From IMG/VR virus record IMGVR_UViG_3300020049_012467: a DNA stretch of 64,000 bases; one strand, 5' to 3'. Origin of the DNA: an uncultured virus (IMG/VR IMGVR_UViG_3300020049_012467) (Duplodnaviria; Heunggongvirae; Uroviricota; Caudoviricetes). The notes beneath the pieces were generated by a model that saw nothing but the letters and a program-made list of their open reading frames with translations, had not been told where the DNA came from and did no database searches. Shown piece by piece: positions 1-8,491 of this stretch. Position numbers and translations under genes: made by a program. Numbering within the stretch: the first letter of the stretch is position 1; the number at the start of each line of letters is the position of its first letter.

Positions 1-1023
1 GTCTTCGTTGAAGTACCAGCCACGCGCCGGGGTGCCCGACACGACGCGGTGATCAACCGGAACGGTTTCCACCGGGCCACGCTCAGTGTAGGCGCCGACG
101 TACTCAGGCGGGCCGAAGGCGAAAATTTCGCCCGAGCCGAGAACCTTGAGTTTCGGATCGCGGAATTGATCCGTCAGAACTTCGGTGCCGTACAGCGTGC
201 CGACCACGCCAGTCATGATGATGTCGTACTTCGACACCGGATCGAAGAAATTCGCGAACGTGGGCGAACCGATCATGTCTTCCATCACGTTCGCCGCCAT
301 GAGCAGCAGCGAAGGCGCTTGGCCCCAATGCGTGATCTGGCCGCGGATTTGCGCGACAGACTGCGGCGTGTAGGAACCGCTGATGTAGACGATATCGTTG
401 TCGACGTCGGCCAATTTTTTCGCCATGGCGATCAGGACGCGATCTTCCGTGACCATGAATTGCTTCAGAGTCTCGTAATATTTCTCGTCCAGAATGTCGG
501 CGGAGCCCTGATTGATCTCTTTGTTGGTGATCATCAGGCTGGCGTGAATATTCCACTCCGGCGGCATGATGTAACGGTCGCGAATGAACATCGGTTCGAT
601 GCTCGAAGCGCCCGTCGCCTGATAGGCTTCCGTATCGACGCGCTTGACGCGGTGACGCGGGAACGAACCTTGAGCGAGTTCGCCGCGAGCAAGAATGCGA
701 CGCATGAAGCCTTCGCGTTCAATGCTCGTGTTCAGCGTGGCCGAAACCATGCTGCCGATTTCGACCCAAGCGGGAGTCGTCACGTCGTTGTAGGCTGCGG
801 CGACTTCCTTGAACGACTCAATATTTGCTTCGTGACGTTCTTGGGCAGTCTCGCCAGCCGTGGAAATTTCCCGGCTCTGAACAGCGCGAGCGAGTTGTTG
901 CTGACGCTGCATGAGTTCGAGTTTCGATCCGGCGTTGAGTTCGCCGTTGTTCCCGATGAGGAACTCCGAACCTTTGCCTTCCGGGCGGAATTCGGTCGCG
1001 TGTTGCTTATTGGTGCGGAACAT
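1..1023 (-). CDS. Major capsid protein (3'-truncated by window edge; absent from ORF track)
   Basis: Manual translation from the ATG at 1023 (AGGAG RBS at 1034-1038) gives MFRTNKQHATEFRPEGKGSEFLIGNNGELNAGSKLELMQRQ...EREGFMRRILARGEL...DILDEKYYETLKQFMVTEDRVL. These motifs resemble RSL1-like jumbo phage capsid proteins from memory. The gene lies downstream of protease and scaffold genes. Confidence 0.8.
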   Translation of the reverse strand, partial: MFRTNKQHATEFRPEGKGSEFLIGNNGELNAGSKLELMQRQQQLARAVQSREISTAGETAQERHEANIESFKEVAAAYNDVTTPAWVEIGSMVSATLNTSIEREGFMRRILARGELAQGSFPRHRVKRVDTEAYQATGASSIEPMFIRDRYIMPPEWNIHASLMITNKEINQGSADILDEKYYETLKQFMVTEDRVLIAMAKKLADVDNDIVYISGSYTPQSVAQIRGQITHWGQAPSLLLMAANVMEDMIGSPTFANFFDPVSKYDIIMTGVVGTLYGTEVLTDQFRDPKLKVLGSGEIFAFGPPEYVGAYTERGPVETVPVDHRVVSGTPARGWYFNED

Positions 1024-1081
1024 AGTGTGGTTACTCCTGATTTCTTTGTGTGCTGGTCTGATTATTTCAAATCAGGCCGGA

Positions 1082-1807
1082 CTACGCCTGACCGACAGCG
1101 TCGAATTGGACGCCAAGCCACGGCGAGTCGACTCCCGGTGCAGCAACCGGTTTGCCCGCAACCTTGCCGCCGTTGACGGAAGCGAGGGTCAGAAGGCCGG
1201 AAGCAGTCGAGATGATCTGCGCGTTGTTGTTGTAGCCGCCCCAATTGTCAGCGGCGACGAACTGATCCGTGAAGACCACACCACGCTGGATGATGCCAAC
1301 CGAACGCGTGACCGAACCGGCTTCGCGAGTGGCGAGGTCGCCGCTCTTGTAATATTTCCGTTCGGCTTCCTCGATGGTGAGGGCGCGCTTGTAGGTCGCC
1401 TTCAGTGCAACGCCGGATTCGTCGGCGTGCAGGGTGATGACGTTGTTGGTGATGATGAACGCACCATCGCCAGCAGACGAAGCGTGGTAGGTGATCTGAG
1501 CGCCGGTATCGACACGCTCAAGACGCATGTCGGTGGACGGCGTGACCGGCGAGTAGTCGAGGGTCAGCGTCGTGCCAACAGCCGTCTTAATTTCCACCAC
1601 GACTTCTTTCGTCGGGTAGGACAGACGGGTCAGCGCAAAGCCGAGGAAAAGTTCGTACTGCGTGGCAGACGAAGGCTTGGCGACGAGTTCGCCATTTTCC
1701 CAAACACCCGCGAGGCCCTGACCTTCGACGAGTTCGTCGATGGTCGAGTGGAGCTTGAACTCCTTGACGTTGCGCGGATCGATTTTCGATTTTTCGATGT
1801 TCAGCAT
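1082..1807 (-). CDS. Virion structural protein (probable capsid decoration/cement protein)
   Basis: 241-aa ORF with AGGAG RBS. It sits between the scaffold and MCP genes and has the same leader (AGGAGTAACCA) as the MCP gene. Confidence 0.6.
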   Translation of the reverse strand: MLNIEKSKIDPRNVKEFKLHSTIDELVEGQGLAGVWENGELVAKPSSATQYELFLGFALTRLSYPTKEVVVEIKTAVGTTLTLDYSPVTPSTDMRLERVDTGAQITYHASSAGDGAFIITNNVITLHADESGVALKATYKRALTIEEAERKYYKSGDLATREAGSVTRSVGIIQRGVVFTDQFVAADNWGGYNNNAQIISTASGLLTLASVNGGKVAGKPVAAPGVDSPWLGVQFDAVGQA

Positions 1808-1874
1808 AGTATGGTTACTCCTGATGTATGCTGCTTTCCGTTACAGTCCGTATTTCAGAACCGCTCAGGAAAAA

Positions 1875-3554
1875 TTACTTGGTGACGTGGCGACCGAGGC
1901 GGGAGAGGCGGCGTTCGAGGCCGGGGAAGCGAACGCTGCCCGTCGAAGCCGTTTCTTTTTCAGCCGAGCGTTCAGAGATAACTCCGACGCGGCTCAGGCT
2001 AGAGGAAAAATCTCCGCCTTGGTTGGTGAAGTCGCGATCCTTCGCCATTTCGGCGTAGGTGTTGAGCTTGTCGTCGGAAGCCGACGCAAGTTCTTGGGTT
2101 TTGCCCATGATGGACTTCATCAGAGCTTCGCTGTGTTTGCGGAAAACGTTGTTGACGATATTTTCCGCATCCGGCAGACCAAGCTGCGCGAGTTCAGTGA
2201 CGAAACCAGCATGAAGCGGGTTGCGGCCGAACAGACCCTTGTTGAAGCCGGAGCATGCAACCTCGAACGCGTGGGTCATGCGGCCTTGGATGGCAGCCTT
2301 TTCCACGTTGATCTGAGATTTTTCTTCTTCGACGCGACGAGCGACTTCATTGGCGACAGCTTCCGACACCGGGATTTCGGTTTCGAGCAGCGTCAGGCCA
2401 AAGTTCTTGACGATTTCCGCGTTGAGGCCGTCCGAAGATTTTTCGATGGCGGCAACGAGAGCCGAACGATAGAGCGGCTGTTTGTCGAAGATTTTCGCGT
2501 TCGTCTCAGCGCACGCAGCTTTCGAAGCGTGGGCAATCGGCGTGTCGCTGGCGATGATGTAGTAGCGGTCACCAACCGGCACAACGTCAATGTTGGCGCT
2601 GGACAGATCGACGTGGTTCGCGGCGACTTCGGAGAAAATATCCTCCATGCCGCTTTCGCTGGCGAAGTTGCGGAACATGGATTCGACTTCTTCGTCTTCT
2701 TCCTCGTCCTCGGACTCGTCTTCATCTTCAGACTCGTCGTCCTCAGAATCATCCTCGTCTTCTTCGTCCTCGTCCTCGTCTTCCGACTCATCGTCTTCTT
2801 CATCTTCGACGACTTCGTCTTCTTCTTCGTCCTCGTCCTCAGAGTCGTCTTCGTCTTCTTCCGACTCGTCTTCGTCTTCATCGTCGCCGGACGCGTCGTT
2901 GAACAGTTCGTCAACGTCTTCGTCGGCAGCTTCTTCCGAATTTTCTTCGGTGTCGTCGTCCGAGGCTTCGATTTCTTCTTCCTCGTCTTCCTCGTCTTCG
3001 TCGCCAGCTTCTTCCGAATTTTCTTCGGCTTCTTCCGTGGCGTCTTCGTCAGAGGCTTCGACTTCTTCTTCCGATTCGTCGGTGTCAGCGTCTTCGTCCG
3101 AGGCTTCGATTTCTTCTTCCTCGTCTTCGTCCTCATCACCGGCGACTTCAAGATCAAGTTCTTCGTCGTCGGGGAGTTCAGCGGCGATAGTCATTTTTTC
3201 GCCGTTGATCGGATTGTAGATGACCTTGCCGTCGAGTTCACGAGCAAGGTCAACGTCGGCGCGGAACACGATTTCGTTGGCTTCGTCGCGAGCGATGACC
3301 ACAAGGTCTTCGAGATCGCTGGCGGAGAAGGTGTGTTCAGTTTTTTCGTTGGCGACGTCGACACGCTTCATCCCACGGCCCGTGATGGGCGAGAAGGGAT
3401 TATCAATGTCGTTGAGCATGATGGGCATGCCAGTGTCTTCGCACGCGAAAACACTTGTCCAGACACGACCATTCTTGTCGTTCTGGGCGATAATCGCCGG
3501 AACTTCTGCTTTCGAGAAAATCCCAGCGACTTCGGAAAATTTCCGTCTTTTCAT
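1875..3554 (-). CDS. Highly acidic protein, probable prohead scaffolding/core protein
   Basis: Long central D/E tract and a helical C-terminus, located upstream of the capsid genes. The likely start is MKRRK at 3554 (GGAG upstream); the ORF track starts at 3566. Confidence 0.6.
   Translation of the reverse strand: MKRRKFSEVAGIFSKAEVPAIIAQNDKNGRVWTSVFACEDTGMPIMLNDIDNPFSPITGRGMKRVDVANEKTEHTFSASDLEDLVVIARDEANEIVFRADVDLARELDGKVIYNPINGEKMTIAAELPDDEELDLEVAGDEDEDEEEEIEASDEDADTDESEEEVEASDEDATEEAEENSEEAGDEDEEDEEEEIEASDDDTEENSEEAADEDVDELFNDASGDDEDEDESEEDEDDSEDEDEEEDEVVEDEEDDESEDEDEDEEDEDDSEDDESEDEDESEDEEEDEEVESMFRNFASESGMEDIFSEVAANHVDLSSANIDVVPVGDRYYIIASDTPIAHASKAACAETNAKIFDKQPLYRSALVAAIEKSSDGLNAEIVKNFGLTLLETEIPVSEAVANEVARRVEEEKSQINVEKAAIQGRMTHAFEVACSGFNKGLFGRNPLHAGFVTELAQLGLPDAENIVNNVFRKHSEALMKSIMGKTQELASASDDKLNTYAEMAKDRDFTNQGGDFSSSLSRVGVISERSAEKETASTGSVRFPGLERRLSRLGRHVTK
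2690..3175 (-). repeat. Low-complexity GAA/GAC (Glu/Asp) tract with internal duplications
   Basis: Repeated EEEEIEASD and EENSEEA units; for example ttcttccgaattttcttcgg occurs at about 2931 and about 3009. Confidence 0.85.
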
Positions 3555-3619
3555 AAGAGGCTCCAAAGCACCGTCAGAGTTGGATAGTCAACGGCTGTGG
3601 AGAATTAGACGGAAAATAA

Positions 3620-3662
3620 AATACCGTGGTAAAATGCCCGGCTGGACAATTACCACGGTATT
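3620..3662. promoter_or_regulatory. 13-bp perfect inverted repeat in the intergenic region upstream of the scaffold/capsid operon
   Basis: AATACCGTGGTAA (3620-3632), a 17-nt spacer, then TTACCACGGTATT (3650-3662). Confidence 0.5.
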
Positions 3663-3688
3663 GAAATCATTACAGTTTTTCTGCTATT

Positions 3689-5596
3689 TTATTTTGGGGC
3701 CATATTTTTCGGGGCACGCATTCCGTTATCCAGAAACCACTGCTGGGTCACAGCGGGATCGATATACGACTTGACGGACGTAGACCACAACGGAGCGGTT
3801 GTTTTATTTCCGTCCGCATCAACCTTGGTCGACTTGTGCCCCAGCGCAATGGCAACCTTCTCGGCCACTTGGTAGCGGAAGAAGTCTGCGGCGTCGCGAA
3901 CAATGGCGTCGTAGTTGGTGACGTCCTTTGGAGCCTTCCATTTTTTCGCAGCGATAATCTGCTTGGCGAGCGTGGTGCCTTTGGCGTGGCGCATCTTGTG
4001 CGCGCCAAATCCATCGGGGAGCCCAAAGTTCTTTAGGAAGCGGTTGAAGTCTGTAGCGCTGACGTACTTGCCGCGTTTGACCAGCGGGTGCGCCCACAGA
4101 AAGTCGTTTGGTTTTTTTCCTGCGCTGAGCTTCTTGACGAACAGCAGCAGCTTCTTTGCGGCGGGTGAAGCAGTGGCCTTGATGGTGTGCTTCTGGCGAA
4201 CAGCTTTCTTGCCCGAGTACGAAACGACCATGACTTCGGCGTCCAGACGCGTGACGTGTCCAACGCGCCACGTCGAAAGGCCAAACGTATTTTTTGCCTT
4301 TTCGTTGCCCTTGCCGTCCTTCACGAGCGACTTGTTGTCCTTGCCGCCAATACGCGCCTGCGTCTCGTAGATTGTGACTGCCATAGCTGACAGGATTGTG
4401 TCGATGGTGATGCGTTGCGACGGCGACCACGCCAGCAGCGGTGCTTCCCATTTTTTCCTGAAGCCTTCAATGCCTTCGAGCGCCGACCGGATGGTGGTGA
4501 ACTTTTCGTCTCGGGCCTTCTGGTGATAGTCGTAGGTGTAAAAATACCCCTTCTTGTCCGTCTTTTCGTCGTACGCGGAAAAGACGTTGGCGTCGTCGGC
4601 CTTGGCGTCGTAGCTGCGGTTCATTTCGACTTCGCGGCCAAGCTTGGGCATTCCAAAGATGGGCTTGTCTGCGTCGGTGAACAGCTTGACGTTATTCTCG
4701 AAGATACCTGCGCGACCTTCGTAACCATCAGGGAAGTACGTAACGTCGACTCCGACTTCCTCCAGACGTTCGTTGATTTTTTCAATCGGAAGCGACTTGG
4801 CGCCAGACTTGCGCAGCACTGAGGTAACAGCGTCGCGCCACAGGTTGCGAAGTTCGACGTTGAGCTTCATATATTTTTCGTACAGCGCACGCTTGGGATG
4901 CGACAGCCCAAACTTGCGTTCCTCTTGGAACGTCAGCCTGTAGCGATCTTCAGCGACCTTCTCTCCCAGCAAGCGCTTTACGATGTGGCGAAGCTGATCC
5001 TTGAGCAGATCGAACGACACTGCATCCTTGATGGGCGGCGCAAACTCGGCAGTCAACTCGGGGATGCCAAGCTTCTCAATCATGCGGACGATATTTTTCC
5101 ACGATGACACAGACTTGTTGCGGTAGTAGACGCCGATGGCCGACAGGATTGCAATGTCGTCGTGCGAATACTGGATGGTCTGCTTGGCCGTCTTCTGAAG
5201 CCCGAGCAGCGCCTTGCCGATGAGGCGCATGTATCCAGCGACCGTGTCGTCAATTTTTCCAGCTTGCAACGCGATTGCCAGCTTCATCATTTCTTCCTGA
5301 TTGATCGGAAGTCCGACTGCAACGCGCATGTAGGTAATGCCGTCCACCCAGCGAGGAAGCAACTCCATGCGAATTTTTTCCGACAACGGCTTGTTGTCAT
5401 GTTCGCACTTGGCGATTGCCGCCAGAAAGGCAATGAAGCTGAGAATGGCTTCGCGGACCAGTGGGTCATGCTGCGGGTCCGCCCACGGCGAAACCTGAGC
5501 CACCTTTACGGGCGGTTCAGGCGGCTTTGCCTTCCGGACTTTGGGCGCAGCTTTCGCATTCCGCGAAGGGCGGTTTTTGGACATTCCCATTTTCAT
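3689..5596 (-). CDS. topIB: DNA topoisomerase IB (poxvirus/bacterial type) with long N-terminal extension
   Basis: TopIB catalytic motifs appear in order: QARIGG (Arg), TFGLSTWRVGHV, YSGKK (Lys), HKMRH (Arg), ALGH (His) and VKSYIDP (catalytic Tyr). Confidence 0.85.
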   Translation of the reverse strand: MKMGMSKNRPSRNAKAAPKVRKAKPPEPPVKVAQVSPWADPQHDPLVREAILSFIAFLAAIAKCEHDNKPLSEKIRMELLPRWVDGITYMRVAVGLPINQEEMMKLAIALQAGKIDDTVAGYMRLIGKALLGLQKTAKQTIQYSHDDIAILSAIGVYYRNKSVSSWKNIVRMIEKLGIPELTAEFAPPIKDAVSFDLLKDQLRHIVKRLLGEKVAEDRYRLTFQEERKFGLSHPKRALYEKYMKLNVELRNLWRDAVTSVLRKSGAKSLPIEKINERLEEVGVDVTYFPDGYEGRAGIFENNVKLFTDADKPIFGMPKLGREVEMNRSYDAKADDANVFSAYDEKTDKKGYFYTYDYHQKARDEKFTTIRSALEGIEGFRKKWEAPLLAWSPSQRITIDTILSAMAVTIYETQARIGGKDNKSLVKDGKGNEKAKNTFGLSTWRVGHVTRLDAEVMVVSYSGKKAVRQKHTIKATASPAAKKLLLFVKKLSAGKKPNDFLWAHPLVKRGKYVSATDFNRFLKNFGLPDGFGAHKMRHAKGTTLAKQIIAAKKWKAPKDVTNYDAIVRDAADFFRYQVAEKVAIALGHKSTKVDADGNKTTAPLWSTSVKSYIDPAVTQQWFLDNGMRAPKNMAPK

Positions 5597-5623
5597 GGTG
5601 TGTGTACCTGTTAGGAAAAAATT

Positions 5624-6745
5624 CTATTCGGGAGTTTCAGTTTCGTCCGTCATGTAGTCTGGAACGGCCCTGACGTACTGCGCAACCACATCACGTCCAG
5701 CCTCAAGCTTTCCGTCTTCGTGGATGAGCTTGATAAACACGCCAGTCATCAGCTTGAGGTTGTTGATGAGCTTGACAGAGTATCCAGTCTGCGAGTTGAA
5801 AAATTCAAACGCAGCATACGGCGCGTCGTATAGCGCAGCTTTCCAGCCGTCCGGAAGCACAGTGTTGACGTGCGTCACGGCTTCCTTGGCTTTCAGCAAG
5901 TCAGTCTGGCGAACAGCGAATAGACGCATGTCCTTTTCCAGCACCATAACCCAGAATTTTTTCTTTGCTGGCGTCTTCAGATCAACGTCCTGCCCGGTCG
6001 AGGTTTTCACCTTGCCGCCGACAGCCTGCGCGCCAGTCATGTCTTCGCTGGTCGAATCGTCCGAGCCGTCCGGATGCTCGTCGATAATGACCGTGAGGAA
6101 TTTTTTCGGAATCTTGAGAGTGTTTGCGAGCTTGCCCATCATTTCATCGAACGGGCCTTTGTGCCACGTGTGGAAGTCACGCAGCATCACTTGCACGTAC
6201 TGGTGACCAATCTCGTGGGCAATCGTGCAAAAAACATCGCGGATGGTGTGATAGGCCGACTGCTTGATGAGGATTGCGTAGAGCGTCGGGTTCCACTGCC
6301 CGCCAACGCGTTCTTCCTTGGTGTAGGCGAATGACGGCGTCTTGAGACGCGGACCGGTCGGATATCCGGATTGCGGCAGCAGATCGAACTTGCAGTAAAT
6401 CCACGACGCACGCACCAGCGTCAAATCCCACTTCACCGGAAGCTTGCGCGTAAAATATAGCGGCGGCAGCGGAGCTGCCTCGGACGATTTCAGCACAACG
6501 CCGTACTTCGCCATAAAATCCGACTCTGACTTGACGCGAACCGGCTTTTTTTCCTGCCAGTTGTCGTACTTGTAAACGTCGAACTTGATCACAGTTTCAA
6601 TGGTGTTGGACGTATCGGGAAAAATATCGACAGTGTCTTCGTTCTCGTCGTATCCGAAGATTACGCCGAACGTGACTATGCTAGTTTTCTTGTCGTAGAA
6701 ACAGACGCGGCAGCCGTTGAAAAATTCGAATGAACGGGTGAACAC
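5624..6745 (-). CDS. SprT-like zinc metalloprotease domain protein
   Basis: TIAHEIGHQY (HExxH) is followed by WHKGPF (third His ligand, HxxxF), the SprT/Wss1/Spartan pattern. GTG start with AGGAG RBS. Confidence 0.7.
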   Translation of the reverse strand: MFTRSFEFFNGCRVCFYDKKTSIVTFGVIFGYDENEDTVDIFPDTSNTIETVIKFDVYKYDNWQEKKPVRVKSESDFMAKYGVVLKSSEAAPLPPLYFTRKLPVKWDLTLVRASWIYCKFDLLPQSGYPTGPRLKTPSFAYTKEERVGGQWNPTLYAILIKQSAYHTIRDVFCTIAHEIGHQYVQVMLRDFHTWHKGPFDEMMGKLANTLKIPKKFLTVIIDEHPDGSDDSTSEDMTGAQAVGGKVKTSTGQDVDLKTPAKKKFWVMVLEKDMRLFAVRQTDLLKAKEAVTHVNTVLPDGWKAALYDAPYAAFEFFNSQTGYSVKLINNLKLMTGVFIKLIHEDGKLEAGRDVVAQYVRAVPDYMTDETETPE

Positions 6746-6754
6746 GGGACTCTC

Positions 6755-7531
6755 CTAGTTCCACATCTTGAAATAATTCGGATTGGTCGCCGTGTGGTAC
6801 GCCGGAGCAGCAACAGCCGACGTTTCAAATCCAACGGGTTCCAACGCTCTAAAGTACGCCAGATTGCGCCCGTTGTGAAGACTGTAGTTTGGTTTACCGC
6901 GCTGCACGTGCTCGCAACCGCCGCCTTTGACGGTTCTGGCGCAGATGGAACACTCGTAATCGCGCACCAGAGCGCCCATCGAGTAGGACGCCATTTCGCC
7001 AGAGAGAATCTTCTGCACCAGCGCAGCATCCTTGCGGCGATCAAAGCTGCACAGGTTCACAATGTGCCACAGGTCGCCTTCGAAATTTTTCAGCGGACGG
7101 ATGGCGGAATCGAAAATAATTCCCTTGGCCCGCGCAATCACAGTGTTGTCGTGTTCGTGGTAGGTCGGCTTGCCGCGCCACGTCTTGTAGGCAGGCATGC
7201 CGTACTCGTCATTCCACGACGACAGTTCCTTCAGCGGAAAGCCGACGCCGTTCTTGTTCGGCAGTTCGGTCGGCATGATCGAGATTGGAATCAGCACGTA
7301 GTCTTCGAGCTTGGGCGAAATCTGCAATTTTTCCGCCGCGAGTTCGAGCCAGTTCTTGTCAAAGTCAAGAACGCGGTTGCCGAACGTCTCGGCAATATTT
7401 GCCTGTTCGATGGAGCGTTTCGCTTTCGAGGAATCGCCTTTCAGCACATCGAACAGTTCGATTGGGTCTGACATGACCCATGCGTCGCCGTCGCGGGAGT
7501 ATTCCTTGAAGTGATCGGGGAAGTTGCTCAT
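6755..7531 (-). CDS. Prohead (capsid maturation) protease with Zn-finger insert
   Basis: GKPTYHEHDN (His), SYSMG (Ser), CSIC...CEH and FETSAVAAPAY match the HK97/herpes-type protease pattern. The gene lies between portal and scaffold. Confidence 0.75.
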   Translation of the reverse strand: MSNFPDHFKEYSRDGDAWVMSDPIELFDVLKGDSSKAKRSIEQANIAETFGNRVLDFDKNWLELAAEKLQISPKLEDYVLIPISIMPTELPNKNGVGFPLKELSSWNDEYGMPAYKTWRGKPTYHEHDNTVIARAKGIIFDSAIRPLKNFEGDLWHIVNLCSFDRRKDAALVQKILSGEMASYSMGALVRDYECSICARTVKGGGCEHVQRGKPNYSLHNGRNLAYFRALEPVGFETSAVAAPAYHTATNPNYFKMWN

Positions 7532-7555
7532 TGGTTGATCCTCGAATGCGGGCGC

Positions 7556-8491
7556 TCAGGCGCCACGGTTGTTTTCCCATGAAATATTTTCGGCAGGTCC
7601 GATGGCCGCTGACCACGCCTTGACGAACTCGGCGTCCACAGAGCCAAGATCGATGGTGCAGTGATACTTGTTCACTTGCACGGACGGGCGGTCCTTTGTC
7701 TTGCGCTGCAAGACTGGAAACGCGGCGATAATCCCGAACGCCATGTCGATGCGAATGGGGTCGGTTGAATTTTTCATCACGGCGACCGGAAGCTTCAGCA
7801 ACCCGCGCGAGTATTGCGCCTTCAACCAGTTGAAGTCCTGCGCCTGCTTGTTCAGAATGCGCTCGTACGACGAAAACTCGTTGAGCGGCGCCGGAAGGCT
7901 GTAGATATATTTTCCGTCCTTGGTCTGGTTGATCCAGCTTCCGCCGGGGTCCATGTTCGCCATAATGACGCGCGCACGGCTTTCCCAATCCACAACCTTC
8001 ATTGCGGCCAGCACCAGCGCGCGGAAGTACATTGCTTCAATCATCGAGCGATGCTTGTTCAGGGATTCGCGGTCAGGCATGCCAAACCCGGTCACGATAT
8101 TTTCCATGAACAGGTCAAAGTCCGGCATGACGTTCATGATCTGTGAAGTCGGACGCTTTGCGTTGGAGATAATCATGGCGACACGCGCCAGAGTCTCGAC
8201 CACAACGTCGGGCAACGTCTGCGGATAGTCAATCATGCGCGGATCGGCTTCCGTCTTGCGCAGGTTCAGCGTTTCCACTGCAACGCGTACAATGAGCGGG
8301 GTAGACAATTTTTTCGCAGCTTCGTTGTTGGCGTCAGCTATTGCGCGCGAAAGGGACTTGCGGGCAAACCTGCCGCGCTGGATCATGAAGTCAGCGCCTT
8401 CACGCAGGACTGCATTACGCGACAGCATCAAGCCGTTGCTCATAATGTCCTGTTTGTCGTGAAGCGTTGCGCCGTACCAGAAATATTTCAT
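7556..8491 (-). CDS. Hypothetical protein in head module
   Basis: 311-aa ORF translationally coupled to the portal gene by an ATGA overlap. Confidence 0.7.
   Translation of the reverse strand: MKYFWYGATLHDKQDIMSNGLMLSRNAVLREGADFMIQRGRFARKSLSRAIADANNEAAKKLSTPLIVRVAVETLNLRKTEADPRMIDYPQTLPDVVVETLARVAMIISNAKRPTSQIMNVMPDFDLFMENIVTGFGMPDRESLNKHRSMIEAMYFRALVLAAMKVVDWESRARVIMANMDPGGSWINQTKDGKYIYSLPAPLNEFSSYERILNKQAQDFNWLKAQYSRGLLKLPVAVMKNSTDPIRIDMAFGIIAAFPVLQRKTKDRPSVQVNKYHCTIDLGSVDAEFVKAWSAAIGPAENISWENNRGA

Noticed and set aside
2590..3219. Poly-Ser ORF on the plus strand and Lys/Thr-rich ORF 2393..3157
   Set aside because: Alternative-frame readings of the Asp/Glu tract of the scaffold gene.
3689..5596. 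Tyrosine recombinase/integrase or protelomerase call
   Set aside because: The motif context (RIG, TFGLSTW, YxGKK, SYIDP) fits topoisomerase IB better, and I saw no att-like context.
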